A stretch of 64,000 nt of DNA. Origin: Klebsormidium nitens. Taxonomy: Eukaryota > Plantae > Klebsormidiophyceae. This document shows positions 37,399-48,711 of this stretch, piece after piece. The notes below the pieces were generated by a model. The model did not search any database. It was given only the letters and a program-made list of their open reading frames with translations, and had not been told where the DNA came from. A program made the translations under genes and the position numbers. The stretch lies in contig DF237456.1 in the NCBI GenBank assembly GCA_000708835.1, positions 1 to 64,000 on the forward strand. The letters run 5' to 3'. How positions within the stretch are numbered: position 1 is the first letter of the stretch; the number at the start of each line of letters is the position of its first letter.

Positions 37399-40300
37399 TC
37401 AACTCGTTGTATGAGCGGTCGGAAGGAACCCGCAGGCCCAGCCTTCGCATATCATTCTTTTGGGCGCTTCCTGCGCGCCCGGCCACAGCCTCGTCGACAC
37501 CGGCGGCAGCTTCCGCTCGTCAGTCGCGGGCTTCGCCTTCGCCTCCGCGCTTGGCTCTTGCCAGTCGCCGATGGGCGTGCAGCCGACCGCCTCGTAGTAC
37601 TCCTCGAGAGCCGCATTGATCACGTTCATGGCGTCGATCATGTAGATCATGCCCTGGAGAGAAAGATTGTCCTTCTTAGTCAAGAGAACGACGTTTAATG
37701 GCGACTCTCAGACCTGTGGGGTTCTCAGACGTACGCCGCCTGAGTTCGCTCTTGTCCAGAACGACTGCTAGAAGCGAACTGGACAGTGACATGTGATAAG
37801 CGCGAAAAGAGTTGCTGTCGCTTCTTCTTCATCTGGACCGTCAAGAAGGCGTCACGAAATCGAAAGCTGCAAACTGACTTGATACAGAGCGCGTTTTCAA
37901 CTCAGCCCTATTATTGCCCAAATCGTTAAGGCGAACACTGTGGGCACGATCCAAGCCGTTGGATCAACGTCAAACTGACAGGTGCACGGCTGGAGAGCTT
38001 GTACTACCTCTGGCTTTTGCTTCCAGCGACATTCGAACCCAGGGGAACCTCAGTATACGCAGTGAGGCGCATCTCCGAACCGAGTGCAAGCAGTAAAAGG
38101 TCAAACGCACGCAATTTTGGACTGGACGGCGTGCAAAACATAATGGATTCTTGAGGAGTACCAATCATATCTGAGCAGACCATCTAAAAGTGCACGGATC
38201 GGCTAGATTTGCCAAAGTTCACATGTTCTCTTTCTCTCTAACTAAAGCTACGTTTGTCCGGGAAAGAGTCCACAGTTTTGAATCTGAAGCAAAAAGCGTG
38301 TTTTGTAATTTATGAACGTACCTGCCGGACGTTCTCGTTGGCTTCCACAAGGGTCGCTGGGTCCGGCGGCTGCTCGAACAGCCGGCAGTTTCCGAGCAGT
38401 TTCCGGGCAAAGTACGGGGCCTTGTCCCAGGCCCAGTTCCCCGCCCCAATAGTCAGCGTATAGTGCAACAGCTTCGGAACAAGGCCTCCCGTCTCGGTCC
38501 CCACGAACAGTTGCAGGTTAAGGTCGTTGCGAATGTGGTGAATCAGACCCACCTCCGCCGCCCCGAAAACGTACCCGTACATCTCGAGGATCCAGTGCGG
38601 TTTTGAGTCGTCCCCCGAGTCGTGCGCGTATTTCCACCCCTTGGGATTCGTCCGCATGTCCTCGGTTATGCTCAACCACAGCGGCGCCACTTGCTTCAAG
38701 TCCTCGACGTGGAAGAGCAGCGTCCCGCCGACCTTTTGGCACAGGTGCGGGTTCTTGGTGTACATTGCCGCGAGCTCGTTGTCGCACCCGATGAGGTAAT
38801 TGTAGTGGCTGGCAGTCGGGCGGCCGCGCCGCGCACCCAACTCCCACGGGATGATCGGCTCCACGAAGATCATGTCCGTGTCTAAGATAATGATATACTC
38901 CGCCTTCGGACGTACGAACTCCAACCAGTGCCGGATTGCCAGCGGCTTATTGTAAGGGGGGTACCAATCGCCCGAGTCTGGGTGGACTTTGAACGAGGGG
39001 ACGACGTGCGTCGGGGCGAGATGGAGGTTGTTGTATTTCGCGAGGTCTTCGGTGCTACAGGAGAGCAGGCGGGTGATCGGCCCAGGTTGGCCGACGCGGC
39101 GGTGGCTGTAGACCAGCGCGAGGGTCTGCCAGTCCATGTAGTCGTTGCACTCGGCAGAGAAGATGGTGTGAATCCTGCATACATAGATTTCAAAATTCCG
39201 CTTATGCTCTGTTCAATCCTGAGATTTTTGAACCCATGGAGACACTTGATATACTGAAGACAATGGTTCGTTATCCATGTCGGTCCACTCGGCGGGAGAG
39301 GATGGTATAGATTCTGGGCCTGGTTATGCGAGAAGAGGCCAAATGACAGTTAGGATCTGGGGGTCAGTGTTGTCAAGAGTTTCTGGAGCGAACGGCAGAT
39401 AACAATAAATCATCCAATTATATACTTGCAATTCGTGCCATCGTTGCTTGATGATACAGTTTACTACAGAATCCGTATAGTTTTACCCTTTGTATGGTAC
39501 CTTAAAATCGAATATCACTGTTGTACGTAAGCACCGCTGGAATGTTTTATTATCGCAATCCCTTCCTACTCCCTCTCCAATGCCAGGACCCCAAAACCCA
39601 AGACCCGGAAACGAACAAAACAGAGCAGAAAGGGTGGTGCACAACTGATAAGGAGTGTTGGATATGGGCGACAGTGGTGAAATTTTGCATGGAATCTAGA
39701 GAGGGTGCTTTGCAGAACGTGCGCAACCCCTGTAAGAAAGACTTAGCAGAGTGAGGATTGGTTTGAAAAACTTGGCAGATTGTGGTCGAAGTCACGATTT
39801 TTGTGATTGAGCTTTGCAGCAGAAAGCTGGGGGCATACTTCATATGCGATGGTCATGGGCGTCACTTATGACAAAACGTTTCCTTTTACATGTACAAGCT
39901 CTTTGTCTGGAAACAGCATATGTTGAGGGGCCAACCGTATCAAAAGTGCGGTGAGATTTTGAGGGGCCATAGAGAAAGCTAGGTTTTGATACAAGCACTC
40001 CAAGATTTCAAAAGCATATACTTGATAGAGCTCAGGCAAGCAACAATCGGTGCTTTGCATTGCTGTGCTCCATTAACCACTTGCATATCGAGTGCACTGA
40101 TGTCTCTGAGCTGATTGACAAACACAGCTGAAGGTGTTGAACAATATCAGTCCAAAGCAATGGAAATTGAAGTGAGCTCTGGCATGTGTACGTCCAACAT
40201 CACGGTTCTTATACCTCCTTGTAAAAGAACGAAGCTGAACGGAGAGCTCAAGACAGAGAGGCGCAAAATATGTGCAGCTGCGAAAAGCTCACCTGTCATC

Positions 40301-40423
40301 ATACTTGCGCTCTCTGATGGCCCCCTGAACCCTGCCAACCAGCAGCCCTATGCAGAGCAGGACGAAGGGCATCCGCCAAAGAGCTACTCTAGCTGCCACA
40401 GGGCAGAGCCTAAGGCGATCCAT
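37399..40423 (-). CDS. SERGT1: Peptidyl-serine alpha-galactosyltransferase (SERGT1/SGT1, GT96)-like, single catalytic domain, about 412 aa; complement(join(37399..37653,38322..39174,40293..40423))
   Basis: IHTIFSAECNDYMDWQT, GQPGPITRLLSC, LAPTHVVPS, GDWYPPYNKP, DxD motif ILDTDMI, YLIGCDNELA, KVGG and WILEMYGYVFGAAE match the plant SGT1 domain as I recall it. Exon 1 encodes a hydrophobic signal/anchor (MPFVLLCIGLLVG). Splice phases 2 and 0 are consistent. Confidence 0.82.
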
Positions 40424-40675
40424 TGTTCCCGCCACAAGTGCCCTGGCACTGCGCGAGCTGAAACCTGCTAAGCAGAGCAACTGAGAAGTGGTCAACTCTG
40501 TCAACTCCTGGGCCCTACTAAAGCTTGGAGCTCCTCTTTGGCTGCTGCTGGCACCACCTGTACAGACTGTACTAAGTACAATCAGGTACATATCAAATGC
40601 AGGTGTACAGCACCTAGCTAGGTAGGTACCTAGTTAATGCGTAACTTATGGAAGCTGCGTGGTACACAGAAACAT

Positions 40676-41126
40676 NNNNNNNNNNNNNNNNNNNNNNNNN
40701 NNNNNNNNNNNNNNNNNNNNNNNNNNNNNNNNNNNNNNNNNNNNNNNNNNNNNNNNNNNNNNNNNNNNNNNNNNNNNNNNNNNNNNNNNNNNNNNNNNNN
40801 NNNNNNNNNNNNNNNNNNNNNNNNNNNNNNNNNNNNNNNNNNNNNNNNNNNNNNNNNNNNNNNNNNNNNNNNNNNNNNNNNNNNNNNNNNNNNNNNNNNN
40901 NNNNNNNNNNNNNNNNNNNNNNNNNNNNNNNNNNNNNNNNNNNNNNNNNNNNNNNNNNNNNNNNNNNNNNNNNNNNNNNNNNNNNNNNNNNNNNNNNNNN
41001 NNNNNNNNNNNNNNNNNNNNNNNNNNNNNNNNNNNNNNNNNNNNNNNNNNNNNNNNNNNNNNNNNNNNNNNNNNNNNNNNNNNNNNNNNNNNNNNNNNNN
41101 NNNNNNNNNNNNNNNNNNNNNNNNNN
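40676..41126. other. Assembly gap (451 N)
   Basis: Run of N. Confidence 0.99.
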
Positions 41127-41459
41127 ATAGAAACAACCTTCAAGTTCGAAAACCTGTGCTCAGAGTCCAGACTCAGAGGTGGTTGAGAATTGAAACCGAC
41201 CTTTATGAAAGCGCCCACGACGACGTCAGAAGCCAGTGTCAATATCTACCGGAGCGCTACACTGCGGCTTGATTGACACTGGTGATGCTTTCTTTGCCAG
41301 GCTTGGCACCTACCGTACCTATCTGACTCTGACTCTCCCAGTCCGTCTGAGCTGATGCTTGGATTTGCACTCTGCAGGGCTCACATTATCCCCTGGAAGC
41401 GAAAAGGCGCGTCCAGCTTCCTCCTCTTGCTGTCGGTACTTCAGACTATTAAGGAGAAC

Positions 41460-41898
41460 ATGAGACGGCAAAGCAATGCTCCAAGGCGCCCCAATCTCTT
41501 GACACGTGCGGTGGAGGGCGTGTTTGATCTTGTGCGCCTGGCAGAGTTTGAGATTCTCTTTGTGGTCTTCCTGGTGATAGTCCTGCTCCTTATCAAGGAC
41601 CTGGTGAGTACAAGGCCAGAAGACCTACATCTATTTGACGGGAGCACAAAGCGTTTCCCTCTGTACATCTGAGGATCTGTGGGAATAGGGGAATGTAATT
41701 CAGAAGTGCAGAGAAAGCCAATAGAGGAGTAAGTCTCCTGATCAAACTCTAGGGTTGAGCATCTGCTGCCTGGAGCAAACATTTATCTGCCGATAATCCA
41801 AGGACATTTATCTCTACTTTTAACCTCTGTTGCAGACTGCCCGACCACAATACAACCAGATATTCACGAGAAGCATCCCGGATCAGTTGAGGCAATAG
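41460..41898 (+). CDS. Small single-pass membrane protein, 68 aa; join(41460..41603,41836..41898)
   Basis: MRRQSNAPRRPNLLTRAVEGVFDLVRLAEFEILFVVFLVIVLLLIKDL|TARPQYNQIFTRSIPDQLRQ*. The phase-0 intron is CTG|gtgagt...ttgcag|ACT, and there is one hydrophobic helix. It resembles an uncharacterised small plant protein family (AEFEILF...KDLT.RP.YNQI) recalled from memory; not verified by search. Confidence 0.75.
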
Positions 41899-41945
41899 GA
41901 TAGTGGCAAGGGAATAGCAAGCGGCGTGACTGGAAAGCCGCGAAA

Positions 41946-44900
41946 ATGTTTAAGAACACGTTCCAGTCCGGGTTCCTCTCCATACTGTACAGCATAGGGT
42001 AAGCACGCCGTACTTTATTCGAGCCTTCTCACCTGTGGAACTTCCACCATCTGAATGCAACTTGTGCAGAATAGTACAAGTGGAAGGGCCAAGGGGGCAA
42101 AAAAAGGGCCCCTTGCTTTGTGGGGCTGACTCTACCTAACCAGGGTTTGTAAAATAGTCCGCTAATTTCTTTTGGGGCAGGACTCAGCTTGCAGGATCAC
42201 AGTTTTGCTTGGCTTCAGGTTGGGGTTTGCAGAGGGTCTGGGCAGCGACTGATGCTCTGTTCCTCTGTCGCAGGAGCAAGCCCCTCCAAATTTGGGACAA
42301 ACAAGGTGAGGTGTTGACCAGTGATTCAAGCCGATCTGTTCGATTGTTTTTTGGCAACAAATACCATGTTTCTGACAACATACAACAGTCTTGCTTTCTT
42401 GAGCTGTCGTCATCAAGAACAAAGATGAATGGAAAGGGTGTTATGAAGGTGAAGGGCTGGGAAGGGGCGATTGGATGGAAAATGCAGATTCGACCTGTTG
42501 AGTTGTTAAGCGGTTCCGATACTCCTCAGCGTGCACAAATTGCACCAGCATCACAATCAAACCACGAGACCCAACAGAACGCAAGCTCTTGCTAGGTTCC
42601 CCTTCTTAGAGTGCGCGCATTCTAGACGGGCAATGGGTGCAAGTCTTTGAGCTGACAGTGAAGTCTGCACATTAACAGGGCAGAAGAGCTGTTTATTTTC
42701 TTGAGAATCGGTTGTGAAAGAGTACACAATGTTACTTTTCCAACCTGCAAGTCTCTCAAGAACCGGTGGAATCAAAGGGTTGAACAGAATTGAAAGGGCC
42801 CTTTACAATGCTCCCAGTCGGTCATATCTACAGTGCGGACGGAGTCGGTCACCCTAAGCACCGCCTTCGATAGTTCCAGAAAGAAAGTCAATTGACGATT
42901 AAGACACCATACATGCACTTGAAAGATCAAAACTAGAACCTCTAGTCAGTTAATGAGCTGAGGAAGGGACGCAGTCTGGGCAATCATTGTCCACTCTCCT
43001 CTAGCACCCCTAGCTGAGTAGACCGTCTTCTACCGGAAGTGCGTACATCAAATGCAGCGCGTTCAAGCTCAACTTTTCTTGCCCCTCTGCAGAAGAGACT
43101 GATCACATCAGGCGTGCAGCTCGCCAATCTTTGAACTTTCTCCTGTCCACGCAGTTAAGAAATGGGCGCATCAAGCGCGTCACTTGCCAACATCTCAAGT
43201 GCTCTTTCCCACAGCAATAAAGCATGGCACTCATTAACGCATTTCATTTTTCACTTTATTTTGTAATCAAGAATGGGCACATTAAGCACACTGCTTGCTT
43301 AGGCACATTCTTCATTCTCCCTCTGCTGTCAAGAATGGGCACATTTAGCGCAACACGGACGGCGACATCGAGAGCAGCGTCCTGGAGATCATTTACACTA
43401 ACGTCAGCACCAACTTCATGACAATCATGGCATCGCTCGCTAAAAATTCAACTTCGCTCCTATCCACGCAGTCAAGAATGGGCACATCAAACGCATCACA
43501 GATGGCGACATCCAGAGCAGCGTCCTGGAGATCATGGGCACCAACGTCAGCACCAACTTCATCACATGCCCTGCGGACCCGCAGGCCACGCTGGGGATCA
43601 AGCTCCCGTTCCTGGTCATGATTATCAAGAACCTCAAGAAGTACTTCACGTTCGAGGTCCAGGTGCTCGACGACAAGAATGTGCGCCGCCGGTTCCGGGC
43701 GTCCAACTATCAGGTGCGGTTTCGTCGGCGTTGTGCATCTATGCTTTGGTTGTCCTGTTCTCCGCAGAAGCTGAGTCGGTTGGAACATCGAGTGCGCTTG
43801 GAATCTAGATACCCGTTTGGACAAAGACGAGGATCGGTTTCGGGCTCTTGGGGTCTTCAAGGGCGGATCAATCTGTTCTCATTTTTGATTGATCAGAAGC
43901 TGCGGTTGATTTGAGTTGCGATACTGGCTGCCTGGACCGTCTCATCCGCCGAATAGGTCACTCACTGATCAATCTTTGATTTCCATTTTTACATTGAAAG
44001 CAAAGCCAGCGACGCTTTGAGATGTTCTAATCTTGAAAAACGAAAGCTAGGCCGTGGGACACCAGAAAACGTGGGGTACGTGTCACAAATATGCCTCAAA
44101 GACCGAGCAATTTAAACTCCTGAACTTGCATTTTCAAAGCTAGTCCGTTACACGGCACCGCTTTAATCTTGTTAGATGGTCAGAAAGTCTTAAAGTCCTT
44201 GCTTCCCACACTATACTCTCTGTCTCACGTCGGCGTCCTGAGCTTCCAACTGCAAACCTGGCCCCCAAAATCCCTAGCTTCGATCTTTTAACGCTTCTGA
44301 CAGTCAGCTGCGTGCAAAGCGTTCCCTCTGCATCGTGCCTCTTCGCCCGGACCACATCTAGCTCACTTTGAAGCAGCTGGAAACGGCCCCGACTTCGGAC
44401 TGTGTAAAAGAACGCACAGCCTTCTGTGGTGTTCCTCACTGCAGTCGAAGACGCACGTGAAGCCCTTACATCCGCAGGATATCCATGCGAGTAGGATATC
44501 AAATATGTTTTGCATGCCGGGCTTCCGCAGAGCATCGAAAGTACTGTCAAATGCTAACTTCTATCGACTCGCACTGCTTTTCCTCCCACAGTCGACCACG
44601 CGGGTGAAGCCGTTCATCTGCACGATGCCCATGCGGCTGGACGAGGGCTGGAACCAGATCCAGTTCAACCTGAGCGACTTCACGCGGCGCGCGTACGGCA
44701 CCAACTACATCGAGACGCTGCGCGTGCAGATCCACGCCAACTGCCGCATCCGTCGCATCTACTTCTCCGACCGGCTCTACTCCGAGGAGGAGCTGCCGCC
44801 GGAGTTCAAACTCTTCCTGCCCATCCAGGTAGGTTAAGGACCTCGAGTTTGGACATGGTTTGGATTCTGCCAGGGTTTACATTCATAGTTAAGCAGCCGT

Positions 44901-45724
44901 GCTTGGTGTTCACCGCTTTCTGGAACTTTGCTGATTCCAAGGACGAACTACCGCTAGAGTCCAAGCTTTTCCTGCCTACCCAGGTGGGTCAAGAAACCAA
45001 AAAAAACCGAACATGGAAGTTTTCAGTTTGTCGGTGATGACGGAGTGGATCTTTTGGTTCAGCAGAACGTTTATGGCAGATATGGCTGTGAATAAGGATG
45101 AAAGCATCTCAGGAAAGCTCTGATGTCGAGTGCGCAACGCTTTGCTTTTACATCAAGTCTCGACCAGAACGTGGGGAGCCGCTGCTCTGCTTTTGTCCTG
45201 CTCACTGTTGGCTTGGTAACAGAAGATGTCTGCGCACTCAGCAACTCGAAAAGGACGGAGAGTCAGAGCTGATAGGATTTCTAGATCGAACCCATAGGCA
45301 ATTGCCTTTCAAGGCTAGAAAAGACGAGTGACTCGCACCTCTTTTGAACAACCCCTTGTTGTCATAACCTGCGCTCATGAGTTGCATTTTGGCTCGGTTG
45401 TTGGGCTCTGCCCGATATAGAGAGCCGATCACGGGAATAAAGGGCCAAGGTTTGTCGATGGTCAAAGCAGTCCCCGCATCGGACCCTTTCGAACCCTCTT
45501 TGGTTTGCTGCTTTGAATCAGTCCATTCGGGTCTGCCCGAACCGCATGTCCTTCGAGAATGAAGTATTTGTCAGCTTTTGAAAACGTCTTGTTTCCAAAC
45601 GGGTGTGAAACCAGAAGCGAGCCTGCTACGTATCAATATTATTGCGATATGCAACCGCTCATTGGGCGGTCCAGAAGGATGGATGATCTGACGTTCTCTC
45701 TTGCTTGTGTAGAAAACGTCATGA
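41946..45724 (+). CDS. CFAP20: Cilia- and flagella-associated protein 20 / BUG22 (DUF667); exons 41946-41998, 42274-42305, 43472-43713, 44592-44828 and probable last exon 45713-45724
   Basis: The near-invariant family sequence [49 protein letters not shown]...[64 protein letters not shown] is present. The terminal exon (KTS*) is a best guess. Confidence 0.95.
43140..43565 (+). repeat. Three diverged intronic copies of the CFAP20 exon-3 acceptor/head
   Basis: T(C/T)AAGAA(A)TGGGC(A/G)CAT at about 43155, 43267 and 43329 (the last about 92 bp long, and containing an in-frame TAG), and functional 43472. Confidence 0.88.
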
Positions 45725-46773
45725 AGGGCAGGCGCTCGCAGCTCATAGGTTAGGATCGAACTATCGGAACATGCAACCGAGGTGGATAGGCCATGCTTGA
45801 AGAATGATTGGAAGCCGGTTTTGAAAACATCCTTGAAACGCTCTAGTGCAAGGAGGCTGAAAGCAGCGTTTGCTTCGAGCTCCATGCGTGATGTACATTC
45901 AGCAATTGCAACGGATCTCGGCGGATGAGGCCTTCAAATCCGAGCCTTGAAAATCAGTTGCAACCGCCAAAACGCAATCTTGGGAACCGTCAAGCAAGCT
46001 CGTAATATTCTGCAGTAGTCAGTACTGCACTTCTCAGGGGACGAAAAGCTCCCCTCGGTGGTTTTCCCTTTCATTTAGTGACCAACATGACGGTCACAAA
46101 AATGTTGGCGGCTTCAAGCTGATTGCAACCTTGTTTAAATTGTTGTCTCTCTCAAAAGCTGTCTTTAGCACGGCCCAGAGTGCTCGAGTTTTATCTGAGG
46201 AACTCAAGGCATGACGGACGGTTGTTGCAATCTAAAATAATATGCTGTCACGACTAAGGAAAAACCCAAAATTTCCCAATTCCATGATCCGTGTGCTATA
46301 ATCGTCATCAAATGTGCACTATAGTATAGCTGCCTAGGCTTAAAGGCTTCCGCAACAATGATGACCTCCGGCCATCCAATCGCTTTCATCTGTTCGATTT
46401 TAACTCTGGGGGCGGCCCTATACCGTAACCATTGTGACAGCTGACAAAGCGGAGAGCCCCGGATCCCCTGTCTGCATGTTTTAACCAACGCAGGGGTAAC
46501 CGCTAACGCGGTTATATATAGCGCGTACTGCAACCGTAAACCACCCAAAAGCCAGTTAACCCTATCGTTTTAAGATGCTGCTCGGCGCTCGCGCACATGC
46601 GGCGGGTTACAGAAAGCGCGGCTGAATCAAACATGTGCATGCTGACTTTGTTCGATTCACTTCCGTTCCAAGGTTTTGTGTTCAGAACTTGAACTTGAAC
46701 TTGAAGCAGCTTGCGCCAGCTTCGGAAGGCAGAAGGGCCGGACAGGGCCGCGAATCAGAGGCAAGAGGTGGCT

Positions 46774-48711
46774 ATGGAGGGCGCTGTGCCACCTTGCCAG
46801 CAGCTCCCGCTCGCGCCAGTCATCCCCCAGCATCTCTCACAGGTTAGCATTTCATCGTTGCCAGAGGTGCTCCTGCACAGCATCATAGCCTCCACTAGCA
46901 GTCTTCTGGACAGGAATAACGTGGCGCTAACATGCAAGGGATTCCGGGACGTGGAGCGTGCTACAAGGGTGACACTACGAGTGCGGCAGTCCCCCCCAAA
47001 GTTCCTGCCAAAGTTAGGGTTTGCAGGGTTCCGGAATGTAACTGAGCTTGACCTGTCCGCCTTGGACCTGAGAGCCCATGAGCGTGCTGACTTCGGGTTT
47101 TCGAATAAGCATAGGGAGACTGTCGCAAGGGTTCTTAGAGAGGGTCTGCCCAACGTGAAGTCGCTCAGGGTGCGCCAAGAATCCTTCATGACGAGGTGTG
47201 CTGTCCAAGCTTGGCCCTGCATGGAAAAGCTTGAGATCCAGGAGTGTCCAAGAGGTACCGAGGATCCTTTCTGGATAGACCTTGATTGGGTGCATGTACT
47301 AGGCAAGCTGAGTTGCCTGGTGGAGCTCTCATTTATTCCCAAACCTTGGGCAAAAGGCATAAGGAGTATAAGGGAGCCTTTTGAGGGTTTCATTGTGAGT
47401 CTAGGACAGTCACCCAGGCAGTACCCGTCTCTCACTGCGCTCCGAAGCTGCTTCTTTGCAACAGACAAGGTGCTTTCAGTCATTGGGAAGGCGATGCCGA
47501 ACCTCACTTCTCTGGACCTGATCAACAACCTGCTGGATGTCTACTATAATGGCAATGCCATACTGACGAACGAGGGTATAAAGCACCTGAGCACTGATTA
47601 CCCGCTTCTGACGGAATTGAAAATTGGTGGGGATGTTCCTTCACACACGGCGCTGGACTTAAAGGCAGTTAATCTAGACGTAGTTGGCAAAACGGCTTTG
47701 CGGGCTTTTTGCCAATCTCAATTGAGCTCGCTGTGCTTGGAAGGACCTATGTCTTTGCAACTTGGCGTGATGGTGGACCATTTGATTTCTAGCCGACAGA
47801 AGAAGCTACATCTTCATTGGTCGGGCTGGCGTTTAGAGGAGTCCAAGGATTCTGAGAAACTGAGTAGTGTGACGAATCTGACGGATGTGTCCCTTGGATA
47901 CTTAGCTGAGAAAGAAGTGAACTTGGAGAGGCTTAGAGAGTTGGTGCTCACAAACAAACGTCTGTCGCAACTGGAGCTTGTAATTCATCCAGGGGGCTAT
48001 TGGAGAAACTCCTTATGGAGGGACACCTTGGGGTTTGTAGTCACGAATGCAAGGAGCCTGGTTTCGTTCACTTTCGCATCGGATACAAGTGGGCCAACCA
48101 TCCTAGAAGTAGTGTCGAAGTTGTCGCCTGCGCGAATGCGGTTACAGGCTTTGAAGCTGCGACTGTGGGGCGTAGGGGTCGTCGTGCACAGTCAAGAAGA
48201 CTGGCCAGCATTGAGAAATCTGAGCTTGGAGTTCCATGATGATTGCATTGAGCAGCAAAACCTGGGGTGCTGGCTGCAGACTTGTTCCGACTTGACCAGT
48301 CTCAGATACCAGTGCATCACAAGGTCGTTGAGCAAATACTCCGCTCTGCCTTTCCTGGTCAGTCTGCAAAGCCTTCGCCATCTCGAGGTGGGGACGTTTA
48401 CTACCAATAAGTGCATCGAACATATATTGGTCCTTCCACAGTTGAGGAGCATCGTCCTTTGTGATCCATTCGATAGAGTTCCAAAGAAGTTTGGTGACCT
48501 GCGTAGACACCCTAACTTGCAGAGCATAGCACTCAAGTGCGACTTGACCTTTGAAAATTTCTCCCCTTACTCGGATCATGTAGAGAAATCAAAGATAGCT
48601 CCTCTTTTGGAGCCTCTTCTAGAGAGCAAGAGTTTGCAGCAAGTGAAGAGCAACTTCGACATTCTAAATCTGAGCAGCGAATTTAGGAGAAGATTGTACG
48701 TTGCGCCGTGA
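46774..48711 (+). CDS. Intronless F-box/LRR protein of the MAX2/TIR1/COI1 type, 645 aa
   Basis: Single ORF with an F-box (ISSLPEVLLHSII...DRNNVALTCKGFRDVERATR) followed by LRR-like units (FRNVTELDLSAL, MPNLTSLDLIN, YPLLTELKI, LRSIVL). The N-terminus resembles MAX2 and TIR1/COI1, but orthology is not established. Confidence 0.8.
   Translation: MEGAVPPCQQLPLAPVIPQHLSQVSISSLPEVLLHSIIASTSSLLDRNNVALTCKGFRDVERATRVTLRVRQSPPKFLPKLGFAGFRNVTELDLSALDLRAHERADFGFSNKHRETVARVLREGLPNVKSLRVRQESFMTRCAVQAWPCMEKLEIQECPRGTEDPFWIDLDWVHVLGKLSCLVELSFIPKPWAKGIRSIREPFEGFIVSLGQSPRQYPSLTALRSCFFATDKVLSVIGKAMPNLTSLDLINNLLDVYYNGNAILTNEGIKHLSTDYPLLTELKIGGDVPSHTALDLKAVNLDVVGKTALRAFCQSQLSSLCLEGPMSLQLGVMVDHLISSRQKKLHLHWSGWRLEESKDSEKLSSVTNLTDVSLGYLAEKEVNLERLRELVLTNKRLSQLELVIHPGGYWRNSLWRDTLGFVVTNARSLVSFTFASDTSGPTILEVVSKLSPARMRLQALKLRLWGVGVVVHSQEDWPALRNLSLEFHDDCIEQQNLGCWLQTCSDLTSLRYQCITRSLSKYSALPFLVSLQSLRHLEVGTFTTNKCIEHILVLPQLRSIVLCDPFDRVPKKFGDLRRHPNLQSIALKCDLTFENFSPYSDHVEKSKIAPLLEPLLESKSLQQVKSNFDILNLSSEFRRRLYVAP

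Noticed and set aside
37714-37792. Separate small minus-strand gene starting at 37792
   Set aside because: Its donor is phase 1 and does not fit the phase-0 acceptor at 37653, which joins cleanly to the SERGT1 exon ending at 38322.
40630-41272. Long ORFs spanning 40630-41272
   Set aside because: Artefacts of the 451-N gap.
41355-41459. Upstream ATG extending the small membrane protein to 105 aa
   Set aside because: The extension is not protein-like and ctgcag|G at 41377 looks like a 5'-UTR intron acceptor; the family-like sequence starts at 41460.
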